64,000 nt of DNA, taken from Tubiluchus corallicola (Eukaryota; Animalia; Priapulida). Shown here one piece after another: positions 39,693-51,570 of this stretch. The stretch's first letter is position 1. Each line of letters starts with the position of its first letter. The stretch covers positions 1 through 64,000 of the forward strand of contig JAQGDQ010001005.1 in assembly GCA_030141605.1 (NCBI GenBank), given 5' to 3'. Made by a program: the position numbers and the translations under genes. The notes under the pieces were generated by a model. It searched no databases and was not told where the DNA came from. It saw only the letters and a program-made list of their open reading frames with translations.

Positions 39693-42600
39693 CCGCACGA
39701 GCGCCGTTTGCCAGTATTGACAAGGTTAAGGACTGGTCTTGAGAATAAAACAGTTTTTCTTTCAATTGTTCTTTCCCTTAACAACTGTATAACTCTAACT
39801 GGCGTTCTAGCAGTTAAAAAATTTCTGGGCGCCAACGATGGGGCCTCACATGCCCCACTTCCCCGGGCCTCACCTAGGCTAAAATAGGCCCTGATCAGAT
39901 GACTAATTAAAAACTCAACTCGAATAATGGTTCTCTTAAACACCCGTTTCATTATTAAATTGCTGAACTCTAATAGGCTATATATTGTTAATATATAATA
40001 ATATAGTAAATATATAGTTACAGATAGTAAATAGTGTTAATTTGAGCAACTTTATAAATACCAGCGCCTGCCTGTTCATTGATTTGACCTACTTATAGAA
40101 AAACAATTTTGTTGGTTTATAGCCTGGCTTCATAATACATGCATCGTTTACACCTTCACAAATTTATTGCTTGTCCAATCAACACAGCATGAACCTGGTG
40201 GTTGCCAGTGCAATATTATTTTCTTCCCGCATGGATAAGTGACATAAGAGATGCGATGTAATAAATTTGCGATTATCAGTCTCGAGCATAGCAACATCCC
40301 ATAGACACGAATGTATGCTTGTTTTTATACAGCAAGAAAATTATTAGCACAATAAGTTAGTACTTACAATAATATTTACTTTTCCAAATACCAACCAGAA
40401 TTAACATCATAATTGTCTTAACACCAACAAATAAAAACCGTTTTACGCTAAAAGATTTTTCATTTTTACAGCACCAGTTCGCAAAGGTAAAATTAGGCAG
40501 AGTTAGAGACATAGCAGCTCATAGAGCAGAAGGTCTTGTGTTCAAAACCCAGTGCAGGTGCATTGCTGCACTGACTTTCTAAGTATTGCTTTTGTGCGTT
40601 TATATGATTAGCAATGCTCAGCACAATTTTCCGGAGGAAGCTGCTTGAGCTGTTCATGGTTTTTTCTTTCGATCACAAAGACACAATAGTGAATATACAA
40701 TTATTAATTACCGTATTTTCCCGTGTATAAGAGACCCTTTTTTGCTCAGAATTTTCACTTTAAAAATAGGGGGTGTCTTATACATGGGAGTAAGTCTTTT
40801 CAATAAGATGCATAAATTGTGACACTAATGATTTTAAAGAAATAAGTGCTCTACAACTGTTTTGCGTGTCGCGTTCGACTATGAAGCGGTTGTAAGCAAT
40901 ACAAGCATCGTGACACAGGCATTATCTCCTCGTTTTCTCTTTTCCTGTTACAGGTTTGCAGGTACGCACTTTAATATATACCAGTACTCTTTTTCTACAA
41001 CACATTAACTGGTTTTATTTTGTTTTCAGTACCGCACTGAGTTGAAAAAAGTTGTACTCTACCCTCTAAAAATGTCCGTCTGAAAAAACTTTTTTCCAGA
41101 ATTTTTGCCTAAAAATTGAAGGGGTCTGTTATACACAAGGGTCTCTTATACATGGGAAAATACGGTAAATATACCTCTATCCTATTTTGCGAGTATATAC
41201 CAATGAATGTCGAAGAACGAGGTTGAAGCCCCTTTTCAATTAGGGCCGAACCAAGTTGCTGAGCTTGACGTAGAACCTAAAGATAAAAGCAACAGACTGT
41301 TAAAACAACCAATATACATATAGCTTAAAACCTAATGTTGCATAATCGGCTACAACAAATGGAAAAATACTTTTGATTTGACTTCAGAGAGGATCGTTTC
41401 AAATGGGGATGTTTGTGTTGGTGTCAAGCAATTTAATCTAGCATTCTATAATTATTTGTTTTCTTTACGTATTTTTACAAACATGCATTTCCCGAAACTG
41501 TTTAAAATGAAGCCAGCCTTAGTCATGTGACCTAAGCTTTAGTAGTATACGCCACCTATCAATCACACTTGTTCTTACACGTAGTTACATTTTCTGCTGC
41601 CGCTATGCTGATCATGCCGTTTGGTGATACTTGCATTGCTTTGTCTATTTTGTTGCAATTTAACAGTCACTAGTTGTATTTTCAAGTAAAAGTTGTCACC
41701 ATCTACTTTAATAATTAGTTAATAGTTTAAATTGGTTAGAATTGTTTCAAATCTGTAGAATCATAAAGTAATAATTTGTGTTTCAGTCTTCTTAAATCTA
41801 ACTTTTCATTTTGTCTAAATAGTAATAAGCTTTAGCACGTTCTTAAGCACTTTTTGTGATCTGTTATTGTAATAAATTGCAGGTCTATCGCGCAGTTCAA
41901 TACTGATTTTTGCCGTTTCTTTGCCTGGACTGGGCGCATCCACAGTTTGACTTGTACAGTAAGGAGACACACATTTTCTATCAAATAAATTGAACAATTA
42001 ATTTCATTTTATTCTAATTTCGCAGAGAAGACAGGGATTCACAAATATATTATGCAAAATAAGTCCTGCCAGCACTTGACAAGTAAGCGGAATGTAGTGA
42101 ACATCCCATTCAAGGATAGAAAAGGATAAACCAAAAAGTCCAAACAGAAACAATGTAAAATGACAAGAAAATTAATAATCAGATCTCTGCAAATTCTAAC
42201 ATAAAAACTTGTTTTCTTTAATTAAAAGGATTAACCATAACTTAAAATTTGACACTAATTTCACTAAATTTCATGGCTTCCTTCCTAATGAAATTGGACC
42301 TCAAAGAACCTCAAAGCTGCATTTTCCCCCCTAAAACATTTTGTTCAGTTTGCTAGTGAAACTTCAGAAAACCATTGGCTAAACAAATCTGCTAGCTTTC
42401 TTGGATGCAGCATTGTTTCTGTGACACTGAAGTTGTAAACAATGCCGCACAGTGAAATGTGACACGTGGAAACTAAGTGTGGCATTGTTTCTGTGACGCT
42501 GAATATGTAAACAATGCCACACAGTGAAATGTGACATGTGGAAACTAAGTGTGGCATTGTTTCTGTGACACCGAATATGTAAACAATGCCTCACAGTGAA

Positions 42601-43930
42601 ATGTGACATGTGGAAACTAAGTGTGGCATTGTTTCTGTGACATTGAAGTTGTAAACAATGCCGCACAGTGAAATGTGACATGTGAAAACTAAGTGTGGCA
42701 TTGTTTCTGTGACGCTGAATATGTAAACAATGCCACACAGTGAAATGTGACATGTGGAAACTAAGTGTGGCATTGTTTCTGTGACACCGAATATGTAAAC
42801 AATGCCTCACAGTGAAATGTGACATGTGGAAACTAAGTGTGGCATTGTTTCTGTGACATTGAAGTTGTAAACAATGCCGCACAGTGAAATGTGACATGTG
42901 GAAACTAAGTGTGGCATTGTTTCTGTGACACTGAAGTTGTAAACAATGCCTCACAGTGAAATGTGACATGTGAGAGCTAAGTGAGGCATTGTTTCTGTGA
43001 CGCTGAATATGTAACCAATGCCGCACAGTGAAATGTGACACGTGGGAACTAAATTCAAACACTGGCATAACTAATTACTAAGGAGTTCCTGGAATCATCT
43101 AATGAGCAAAACTCACGAAACTGAGTTCCAGGCTTTCTTCGGAAACAACACCTTCACAGCAGACTTCCTCTTATTTAAACCACCAAGAAAAAGTTAAAAA
43201 GTGCAGAAAATCTTAATCAGAGCATTTTCTTTCTGTTTCTTGTGTAAAACTGAAACTTCATGAAGTACGCTGTATTTGACCTTTAAACAACATGGGTAGA
43301 AAATGAAAATGGTCATTTTAAAAAAATGTGGACGGTAAGAAAACCGTCTCCCAAATGTGTTAATAGCAACATACATATCGCAGAAATTAAACTTGCTGTA
43401 ATCATAAAAGGCTATAAAATGACACCAAGCCCCTGCATGTAATTTCACTGCAGCATGGTCATTGATTCATGTGCATAATTTATGAACATCTATGCCCATC
43501 TGTTACAGAATGTCCATTTGCATATTACGAATTGAGGATAGCTAACGAAGTAAGATTAAATATTAATCGACTGCAACTGTTTCTGCATTCAATTTCTTTG
43601 TAAATTGCAATGTAACAAAGAATTAAGCACGTTAAGTTTAGTATTAAACCAGCTGTTTAGTCTAGTTTAGTTTTGAATCAGATGGTTTAGTCTAGTGGTA
43701 ACGCGTTTGCTTTCTGTCTGAGAGGTTGTGAGTTCGAACCAGCAGCCGGGTCATACCAAAGACTATAAAAATGGTACCTGCTGTTGCCCTGCCTGACGCG
43801 TGGTATTTAGGGTAAAAGTGGGGTAATAATAGTCTCTGTTATGTAGTTGTAGGGTTGTTATTTACAGTCGGCAGTAATAGTTCTTTGAGCTAATGTTAAT
43901 TGTTGACCCAAAAGCAGACTTTAAATAAAG

Positions 43931-43977
<47 letters not shown>

Positions 43978-46900
43978 TAATAGTATGCAATGTTCTTGAA
44001 GCCCAGTTTTGGCTTCCTTGACTGCCACCTCGACTGCCACCAGCACTACCACCTACATCTCCATCACCATGTGATTATTTGAACACAATCTTACCTTGTA
44101 GATATTTTCTATGAGTGAAAAATTAATGGATGTTTATGTAATTCTAAAAAGTTTTCAGTGTTAGCTAACTCATCTTAACTAATGATTTAGAAATAAACCA
44201 TTTTCTGTGTGTGAAAAAGTCACAGTAAAACATCAATGTGAGAAAACCAAATTTAAGTTCAAAATACTGGGCGAGGCTAGCGTATGTTTGGCTATTAAGT
44301 GTAATTGGGACATCGCTTTCATCTTCATAATCAATAATCAGATACGAAATCGATCACAATCACTTTTCTGGCATTAAAATTTTGTAATTTCAAAAATTTT
44401 AACAAATAACACTTTCAGTGTAGCATGTCTGCTATTTTAACCGCTGTTGTTTTAATTACAATGAATGGTAAAAAAGGGAAGGTGTCTGTTATTTTAACCG
44501 CTGTTGTTTTAATTACAATGATTGGTAAAAAAGGGAAGGCGTTTGCTATTTGAACCACTGCTATTTTAATTACAATGATTGGTAAAAAAGGGAAGGCGTC
44601 TGCTATTTTAACCGCTGTTATTTTAATTACAATGATTGGTAAAAAAGGGAAGGCATCTGCTATTTTAACCACTGTTGTTTTAATTACAATGATTGGTAAA
44701 AAAGGGAAGGCGTTTGCTATTTGAACCACTGCTATTTTAATTACAATGATTGGTAAAAAAGGGAAGGCGTCTGCTATTTGAACCACTGCTATTTTAATTA
44801 CAATGATTGGTAAAAAAGGGAAGGCATCTGCTATTTTAACCACTGCTATTTTAATTACAATGATTGGTAAAAAAGGGAAGGCGTCTGCTATTTTAACCGC
44901 TGTTATTTTAATTACAATGATTGGTAAAAAAGGGAAGGCGTCTGCTATTTTAACCGCTGTCGTTTTAATTACAATGATTGGTAAAAAAGGGAAGGCGTCT
45001 GCTATTTTAACCGCTGTTGTTTTAATTACAATGATTGGTAAAAAAGGGAAGGCGTCTGCTATTTGAACCGCTGTTGTTTTAATTACAATGATTGGTAAAA
45101 AAGGGAAGGCATCTGCTATTTGAACCACTGCTGTTTTAATTACAATGATTGGTAAAAAAGGGAAGGCATCTGTTATTTTAACCACTGTTGTTTTAATTAC
45201 AATGATTGGTAAAAAAGGGAAGACATCTGTTATTTTAACCACTGTTGTTTTAATTACAATGATTGGTAAAAAAGGAAAGGCATCTGCTATTTTAACCGCT
45301 GTTGTTTTAATTACAATAATTGGTAAAAAAGGGAAGACATCTGTTATTTTAACCACTGTTGTTTTAATTACAATGATTGGTAAAAAAGGGAAGGCATCTG
45401 TTATTTTAACCGCTGTTGTTTTAATTACAATAATTGGTAAAAAAGGGAAGGCATCTGTTATTTTAACCGCTGTTGTTTTAATTACAATAATTGGTAAAAA
45501 AGGGAAGGCATCTGCTATTTTAACCACTGTTGTTTTAATTACAATGATTGGTAAAAAAGGGAAGGCATCTGCTATTTTAACCACTGTTATTTTAATTACA
45601 ATGATTGGTAAAAAAGGGAAGGCGTCTGCTATTTTAACCGCTGTCGTTTTAATTACAATGATTGGTAAAAAAGGGAAGGCGTCTGCTATTTGAACCGCTG
45701 CTATTTTAATTACAATGATTGGTAAATAAGGCAAGGCGTCTGCTATTTGAACCACTGCTGTTTTAATTACAATGATTGGTAAAAAAGGGAAGGCGTATAA
45801 GTAAAGAGTAAGTTTCAAATGAGTTCATTTTGTCAGTTTGAATTTAACTCTAACAAAACTGTAGTCGACATCCGTGCGCTGATATGTATTATCTTTACAA
45901 AAACAATGCGCTTGTGCTTATATAAGATTATGAGAAACCTTCGCATCTAAGAATCATCGCTAGGACGAGAAGTTACTGTTCAAAGGTAGTACCATATTAC
46001 TTGTAGAAAGAATTAACTGAAGAAAATTTCAAACAAAGATCTATATGAAAAAATAAAAGAAGCACCTACTACCTGATGATATTCCAGCAAAGATAGCTCT
46101 TCAACAAGCCATAGAACCAGCTAAAAAACCTGCAGGAGGACATATGTTAACATACTTAGATTTTGCACAGAAAGATTTAGACACTTCAGCATTGATCCTT
46201 AGAAATAAATCCACTTGGGGCATTGCAGCGTGTAGGGAGTCCTGGCATAGGGAGCTGAGCAGAATCATGTCCCTGGACGTGCGATTCATTGAAGAAGAAA
46301 AAGAAGAAAGAATTAGTGTAATGAAATTGACACTTTTCAATGACGTCGTTACAAAAAACTGCTAGACATCAAATGTCCTGACAGTATATCCGATGATGAT
46401 CTGTATGATGTGATGAAGAACCCCCAGAATAAACAAATCCAAGTAAAAAGATTGTGTTGGATTGTGCAAGCATTAAGACAACCGCAAGAACCTGCTCCTC
46501 CTATCGTGTCGCGTAAAAAGTTCTTGAAACGGCAAAAAAGAACCTGAGAGGAGACACACTGCAAAAAGATTCAGAAAATACCACTCTAGATTTGAGCAAC
46601 GATGCATTGTGGGCAGTGACAGCAGACAGGAATGCATGGCTTTAATAGGTGAAGCGTGCCATATTTTAGAGCATAAAAGCACATAAACGATGACGATGAT
46701 GCTGTATTTATCGTGTGATTTTTATGATTTTTCCTAAAAATAATTGTAAACGGCATTTATAATGCGATCGATTTGTGTTAAGAGCTGCAAAATATGATCA
46801 TTGATCGAAAATAAGAGCACATCAATTATAATCCATTAAATCTATTTATCAGTCCAACCAGTACTATGAAGTTAATTAGCATCAGAGCTACTTAAAAATG

Positions 46901-49631
46901 GATGGGTGGTGGCAGTGAAGAAAAATGTTTCTGTGTTATTTCATAAATTTGTCATAATGCCTATTTCTCTCATCAAAGAAGAATATATGTATATTCAAAC
47001 GCGGCTTAACAATTCTGCTAATTCACTATTTTACCTTACAAGATTACTCCTGATAACAAGATAGGTTCCAGTCCAGCCTCAACAGTTCATCGTTACTAGC
47101 AGGCCTGTTGTTGAGCAACTAAATTTCAGCTGACAGTATGCCAAGCTGTATTAAATTAAAGAAAATAGGCTGGCAAACGAAATAGAAAGCAGCCAGTACA
47201 TATCAGTCTGTCTGGGTTATCTAAGTATGTTAGTCCATACTTGTCAGGCCACTTTTTTGTAAATAAAATTGTTAAAGTACAAGCGTACTAAGATATCAGA
47301 CGTTGCTAGTAACAAGTTTCAATTTGCACTGTACCGTACTCACAGCATTAGACAGGCTACTTTTATGTAAATAAAATCACGAAAGTGCACTTGTTATAAG
47401 ATATCAGGTATTTCTAGTAGCAGTTGTACTGTGAATTGGTTATGTATAAGAGTCATCTATCTACTAAAGTATATTGATAGCTTGGAGCAAAAGCAGGCGG
47501 CAAAATAATAGAGTAATTAGATTATTGACGCAATTTTACACTAAGTGAAACATTAGGTAATAAAAGCCATCACTGAAAATATTCTGATGATGATAATATT
47601 TGGCAAAGCACGTTCATGAGTGCGGACTGCGCAACTGTTTTCAAGGACGGCTGTGAACTTTAGTTCGTTTAACATGTAAACTATTTCCAAAGGTTCCGTA
47701 AAAAGATTTTTTAGACATTTCTTGCACAAAATATAATTGATTTCTAATTTATAAATCTATTCTTGAAATTGGGAGCTTTCAGCGAAGATTTAAACGCTGT
47801 TTCGTCGAATCATCCCACCACTTGCAGAAACCTTACGTAACTTTAACTTTCATTAAATGGGCGCATGTTTCAGTGAAACAAGGAAATGTTTGGGTCTGTA
47901 AGTTCTTTTAGGGAATGGTAAATGCCTATAATTAGCTTAAAAAAGTGAAACTTACTTCATTATAAGATAGCCACGTATAAGGCTGCTCTTTGTCTTTTCT
48001 GTATCCATACGCAGGTCCGTTTCCTAGAAATTTAAAAATTCAATTCCTAGAAAAATTAATTCCTAAAAATTCATAGAAAAATTTAAAACATGATGCGTGT
48101 AGCTTTCCTGTTTTTGAAAATTATCATTTTCAGTTACATCACTATGGCAGTTTTAACCACATGAACCAAAGCTGGACTTAAAAATTCTGTAATTATCAAG
48201 TCTGAACTAATTAAAAGAACCCTATCCAAATCTAGTAATCACGAAATGCAGCACAACAGAAAAAGCTTTTATTATAAAAGCAGTAAAAAGTGGAAAAAAG
48301 TTTAAACATCAACAGCTTTGAATACCATAGGGAAGAGGAAACAGTAGCCTATTATACAAAATGAAGCCAAGTTCTTTTGAAGAGATAATAATTAAACTTA
48401 AAGCTGCTGAATTTAGTAAACAGTTTAACAGATAATACAGGTATTGGCTAGAAGCAAACTTAAGGCATTTTTAATCATAAGCACTGACATCTCATAATAA
48501 CACAGTACGAGTATTATCATTAATACATATAGCTTAAAAAATAGATTTAGTCTCATTTTACAGAGTGGAATGCTAACTTAACTCAAATGTCTTTGTTCTA
48601 CCTCCCAAATGATGAGTGGTTAATTAGCAAGAACGCTTAAGTCTCGCAGAGAAATTAGAGGCTGTATAAACTCTGCAGTGAGTAAATATCTTTCTGGACA
48701 TTACCTGAAACTCTTGCACCACGCTTGAAACACTCATGCAATGTCTTAGCATCTTCATACAAGTAGCGAATAAGTCTGCCATCCCTGCTGCACGACCGGG
48801 ATATTTTTGAACCATCCTGTACATAAACGTCTTGCATTTTTTAAGATTATAAACTTTTTGCAAAGTTACATGATGCACTTATAGAGAAGTTTTTGTCCAT
48901 TAAATCAACGAAAGTTAAATATTGTAAACACCTCATACTAAACCAGAACGCTGGCACTTTTAAATTGTAGCTTACGATCCACAATGCATTTCACTCAAAC
49001 CAAATTACATAACTGCTAATGCAATATGTAACGAAATACAAATATTTTACATTGTATAATGAGATCACTTAGATCTGTAGCAAATCTTTCACGTTGCATA
49101 CTACACAAACTTAATCTTACACCCTACATATGATGGTATTACATATGGCAAGAAACGTTTCTCCTATTATGGAGCCACATTGGGGATTGAATTACCAAAC
49201 TGTCTCCGAATGGCCGAAAATCTTGGGGAATTTAAACGTCTAATTAACTCATGGACTGGTGTATCATGTAAATGTGCCATTTGTAAATTCAGCGAACTTC
49301 CCAATTTTGTTAAGTCGTAATTAAATGCTGAATGTGTTGGCAGGAAAATTTTTTATTGACCTAGATAACTTTTTGTGTAAATTTTAGAAAATGTTACTGC
49401 CTAAAATTTTACTGTCTCAAATTTTTACTGTTTTCATGTAGTTATAAATTTTTCTTGTACCAATACCTCTGGTGGCATCCAAAAGATTTTAAGAAGTACA
49501 TATTATTACCATGTTAACGCTCATATACATTATGTTTGATATCGGTTTATGAGCTTCAAGCTCATGTTTTACAAATACGTACTGTTTTATATCATACCGA
49601 TGAAAATAAATATTATCTCATCTTATCTTAA

Positions 49632-49675
<44 letters not shown>

Positions 49676-50262
49676 TTTAAGAAATAATAGCATACAAAAA
49701 ACTTAACAACACAGCATAACAAACAGAACAATATTTGGTGAGATGTATGGGCAGTCATAACAAAAATACACATTAATAAATAAAAATGACAACTACAATG
49801 CATTACAAAAGTTAATATGGGTTCTGATGACATAGTAATTTAAGTCTGCTTATAAGCAATTACTGTTGTTGAGAGATAACAGGTGGCTAATATTCTAAAG
49901 CTGGTGGGTAATCATAAATATACTATGTTGTGTAAAAGGATAGAAGTTGTGCATACGTTTATTTATATTTCTATTGTTAAGGCACTCGGATACAAATTTA
50001 CAGATGAAAACTAATGGTTATTATTTATTAAGCTATGTGCTAAGCAATTTCAAATAAATGTTCTACGAACACTGAGCTTTTCTAAACAACAGGGCGAACT
50101 TTAGCTTACCGACATGTCTAACGATTGTCGATTTAGGTCGATCGGCGGGTTGAAGGGACTTGGTCGAGTAGCCATGTATAGAGCACTAAGAGCCGCAGCG
50201 GAACCAATGCCAATCAATCCCAGAGTTCCTCCGACATACTCGATATATTTCTCTAATTCCAT
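21213..50262 (-). CDS. ACSL1/5/6: Long-chain-fatty-acid--CoA ligase, ACSL1/5/6 type; 17 coding exons, 683 aa
   Basis: Exons total 2052 nt, all GT-AG and phase-compatible. N-terminal hydrophobic anchor, AMP-binding [11 protein letters not shown], gate motif [61 protein letters not shown]. Confidence 0.96.
23143..23530 (+). mobile_element. hAT transposase C-terminal remnant (ZMYM1-like) with right end
   Basis: [39 protein letters not shown] at 23143..23262, followed by ggcccacc subterminal repeats. Confidence 0.7.
23680..23751 (-). CDS. ACSL1/5/6: ACSL exon 16
   Basis: [24 protein letters not shown]. Confidence 0.92.
24882..25383. mobile_element. hAT/Charlie-like MITE family B
   Basis: TSD cagtagat/cattagat; subterminal ggcccgcgggc. 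Confidence 0.85.
25622..25726 (-). CDS. ACSL1/5/6: ACSL exon 15
   Basis: [18 protein letters not shown]...WCQNK. Confidence 0.92.
25935..26260. repeat. 82-bp tandem repeat, 4 copies
   Basis: ttacagaaagtattactaat...ctccaaaactaac. Confidence 0.93.
26326..26469 (-). CDS. ACSL1/5/6: ACSL exon 14
   Basis: [31 protein letters not shown]...VHGDSLK. Confidence 0.95.
26806..27437. mobile_element. Degenerate hAT-like MITE
   Basis: cagaggcggagcaag ... cttgctttcccactg with GC-rich subterminal segments. Confidence 0.55.
27596..27712 (-). CDS. ACSL1/5/6: ACSL exon 13
   Basis: [15 protein letters not shown]...[16 protein letters not shown]. Confidence 0.95.
28540..28701 (-). CDS. ACSL1/5/6: ACSL exon 12
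   Basis: [15 protein letters not shown]...GHVGPP...[15 protein letters not shown]. Confidence 0.95.
30703..30853 (-). CDS. ACSL1/5/6: ACSL exon 11
   Basis: [34 protein letters not shown]. Confidence 0.94.
31030..31604. mobile_element. hAT-type MITE family G
   Basis: TIR cagggtgcataagattatggatat; perfect 8-bp TSD tgcatgta; appears nested in an older GGATC-rich element at about 30974-32193. Confidence 0.88.
32340..32422 (-). CDS. ACSL1/5/6: ACSL exon 10
   Basis: [27 protein letters not shown]. Confidence 0.88.
33209..33568. mobile_element. hAT-type MITE family A
   Basis: Same TIRs; 8-bp TSD gtcgagtc/atcgagtc. Confidence 0.85.
33803..33937 (-). CDS. ACSL1/5/6: ACSL exon 9
   Basis: [45 protein letters not shown]. 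Confidence 0.94.
33896..34110. repeat. 107-bp tandem duplication spanning the ACSL intron 8 / exon 9 junction
   Basis: catatagaatcccatgcagccac at 33896 and 34003. Confidence 0.93.
34401..34800. mobile_element. MITE family F
   Basis: caggggcgtatt ... gatacgcctctg; homolog at about 22445-22860 shares aaccaataggctaactaggctatagcctaggg. Confidence 0.7.
35614..35691 (-). CDS. ACSL1/5/6: ACSL exon 8 (78-nt gate-domain exon, Y-type)
   Basis: [26 protein letters not shown]. Confidence 0.94.
36543..36733 (-). mobile_element. Internally deleted, inverted copy of MITE family A
   Basis: Reverse complement of family A segments, ending aaataggccctg. Confidence 0.7.
36816..36938 (-). CDS. ACSL1/5/6: ACSL exon 7 (AMP-binding P-loop)
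   Basis: [29 protein letters not shown]. Confidence 0.95.
37120..37620. mobile_element. hAT/Charlie-like MITE family B
   Basis: Flanked by a duplicated atcttaga(a). Confidence 0.85.
37843..38051 (-). CDS. ACSL1/5/6: ACSL exon 6
   Basis: [16 protein letters not shown]...[10 protein letters not shown]. Confidence 0.88.
38565..39154 (-). mobile_element. Family I copy, inverted
   Basis: Reverse complement of about 5980-6650. Confidence 0.7.
39274..39373 (-). CDS. ACSL1/5/6: ACSL exon 5
   Basis: [33 protein letters not shown]. Confidence 0.93.
39505..39893. mobile_element. hAT-type MITE family A
   Basis: Same TIRs; 8-bp TSD atcatatg/atcagatg; long (CT)n. Confidence 0.85.
40711..41165 (+). mobile_element. 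pogo-family MITE, same family as 3106..3564, opposite orientation
   Basis: TA-ccgtattttcccgtgtataag ... cttatacatgggaaaatacgg-TA. Confidence 0.85.
41175..41276 (-). CDS. ACSL1/5/6: ACSL exon 4
   Basis: [34 protein letters not shown]. Confidence 0.92.
42408..43052. repeat. 72-bp minisatellite, about 9 copies, each with an internal hairpin
   Basis: ggcattgttt-N18-aaacaatgcc in each unit. Confidence 0.95.
43680..43977 (+). mobile_element. tRNA-derived SINE with (ATT)n tail
   Basis: A-box tagtctagtgg, B-box gttcgaacc, core ggtcataccaaagactataaaaatggtac, (ATT)~15 tail. Confidence 0.8.
44427..45797. repeat. 57-bp minisatellite, about 24 copies
   Basis: tctgctattttaaccrctgttgttttaattacaatgattggtaaaaaagggaaggcr. 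Confidence 0.96.
46060..46702 (+). mobile_element. Degraded RTE-like LINE 3' end
   Basis: Remnant motifs [12 protein letters not shown] and ADRNAW; (GAT)n tail. Confidence 0.55.
47956..48023 (-). CDS. ACSL1/5/6: ACSL exon 3
   Basis: [22 protein letters not shown]. Confidence 0.9.
48705..48816 (-). CDS. ACSL1/5/6: ACSL exon 2
   Basis: DGSKISRSC...[20 protein letters not shown]. Confidence 0.9.
49100..49670 (+). mobile_element. 5'-truncated CR1-group LINE 3' end
   Basis: [48 protein letters not shown]; AATAAA, (ATCTT)n and (TA)n tail. Confidence 0.75.
50110..50262 (-). CDS. ACSL1/5/6: ACSL coding exon 1
   Basis: [51 protein letters not shown]|gtaag; an acceptor at about 50300 implies an upstream non-coding exon. 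Confidence 0.88.
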
Positions 50263-50479
50263 TGTTATCTTGTGATGTTTACAATAGAGATTAGACTATC
50301 TGAAAAAAAAACACACGACAATTGTTAACAGCTGTGAGTAAAATTATTTAACAGCACCATTGGCACGTCACATTTAAATGCGATACAGAAAGCAAATGGA
50401 TTATTGAAATAAACAAAATGTCTATTTAATATTGTATTAGGCTTAACAGCCATTGTAGTGCATTAATGATTTCAGTTAA

Positions 50480-50980
50480 CCCTTTCAGTACCAAATTATT
50501 TTTTTAATAAGAAAAAATTTTTTGGCTTGGTACTTTTGTTCAGTATGTCCATCTTGTTTACACATAATAATTTTTTTCTACCTGTACCGGCGCGCTAAAT
50601 ATAGCCTGTATCTCACGGGATGCATTAACATTCAATGGAAGCATAAAATGAAGTAATTGAAGTGAATGAAGTGAAGTAATGAAGCATGAAGTAATGAAGT
50701 GAAAAAAAGAATTTATTTAAAAATAAAGTATTTAAGACATTTAGTATGCATGCTATGCTGATCTGTACAAAGTCATCTCTAAAGTACTGTACCTTGTGCA
50801 GTTTTTTATGCTATGTAGATTTTCTAGTTTGCAAATTTTATCACTACTTTTAGTCTATTGTTATTGGCTTAAATCAAGATAAATATTAACAGATCAAATA
50901 ACTGTCAGTTTTAAAATTTTATTAATTTTAAAGGCAGAAAATATTCTCGTATCCCACGGGATACAACGGGTATGAAAGGG
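50480..50980. mobile_element. piggyBac-like MITE
   Basis: TTAA-ccctttca ... tgaaaggg-TTAT. Confidence 0.65.
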
Positions 50981-51570
50981 TTATGTATCACTCATTCAAA
51001 ATGGATCATTACATCCTCATTGTTTGTTGCACAACAATATTGACAAATTAAATTTATTATTACATCAAACTGTGCTTCTAAAAAGAGTTGGAAAACGTGT
51101 GTTAATTGGAAAACTAGACAAGTGCTGTTACCATTGTTTGAAAGCGTAAAAATCGAAGCAGATAAGAAAAAACGCCAAGGTATTTTTGTTTTACAACAAA
51201 AATGATAGAATTGTCTGACAGTGCATTTAACAGTTTGCTGTCATGAGTTTGCACACAGGCACTAAGCAAAGGCTTGACAAGAACAGATTGTATTACACAA
51301 CTATCATGCAACAAACATGTGTGGATGTGTTATAGGAACACTGAAAATCTATCCACATTTGTAGAACATACGATCTACAGCAATGAAATTCTTTTAGCAC
51401 ACAAATTTCACTAAATTTTATTTTATTTTGCATTTACCAATTATAGCTATTTTGCTATATATTTATCTAGATTTGTACGACATCCGGTTTTGTTCAAAAC
51501 GTGACGACAGCATTAGATTAACTGCTAGATACAAAGCTGTTACATTTTATAGGCTATTAAGCAGAAAATC

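Noticed and set aside
40495-40560. tRNA-like sequence
   Set aside because: Too degenerate to fold a cloverleaf; at most an old SINE head.
42408-43052. CRISPR-like array (palindromic repeats with variable intervening sequence)
   Set aside because: Intervening sequences are near-identical variants, not unique spacers; no cas genes; located in a eukaryotic intron.
42379-43068. 229-aa His/Cys-rich ORF resembling a metal-binding repeat protein
   Set aside because: Arises from the 72-bp satellite; no zinc-finger spacing and no supporting splice structure.
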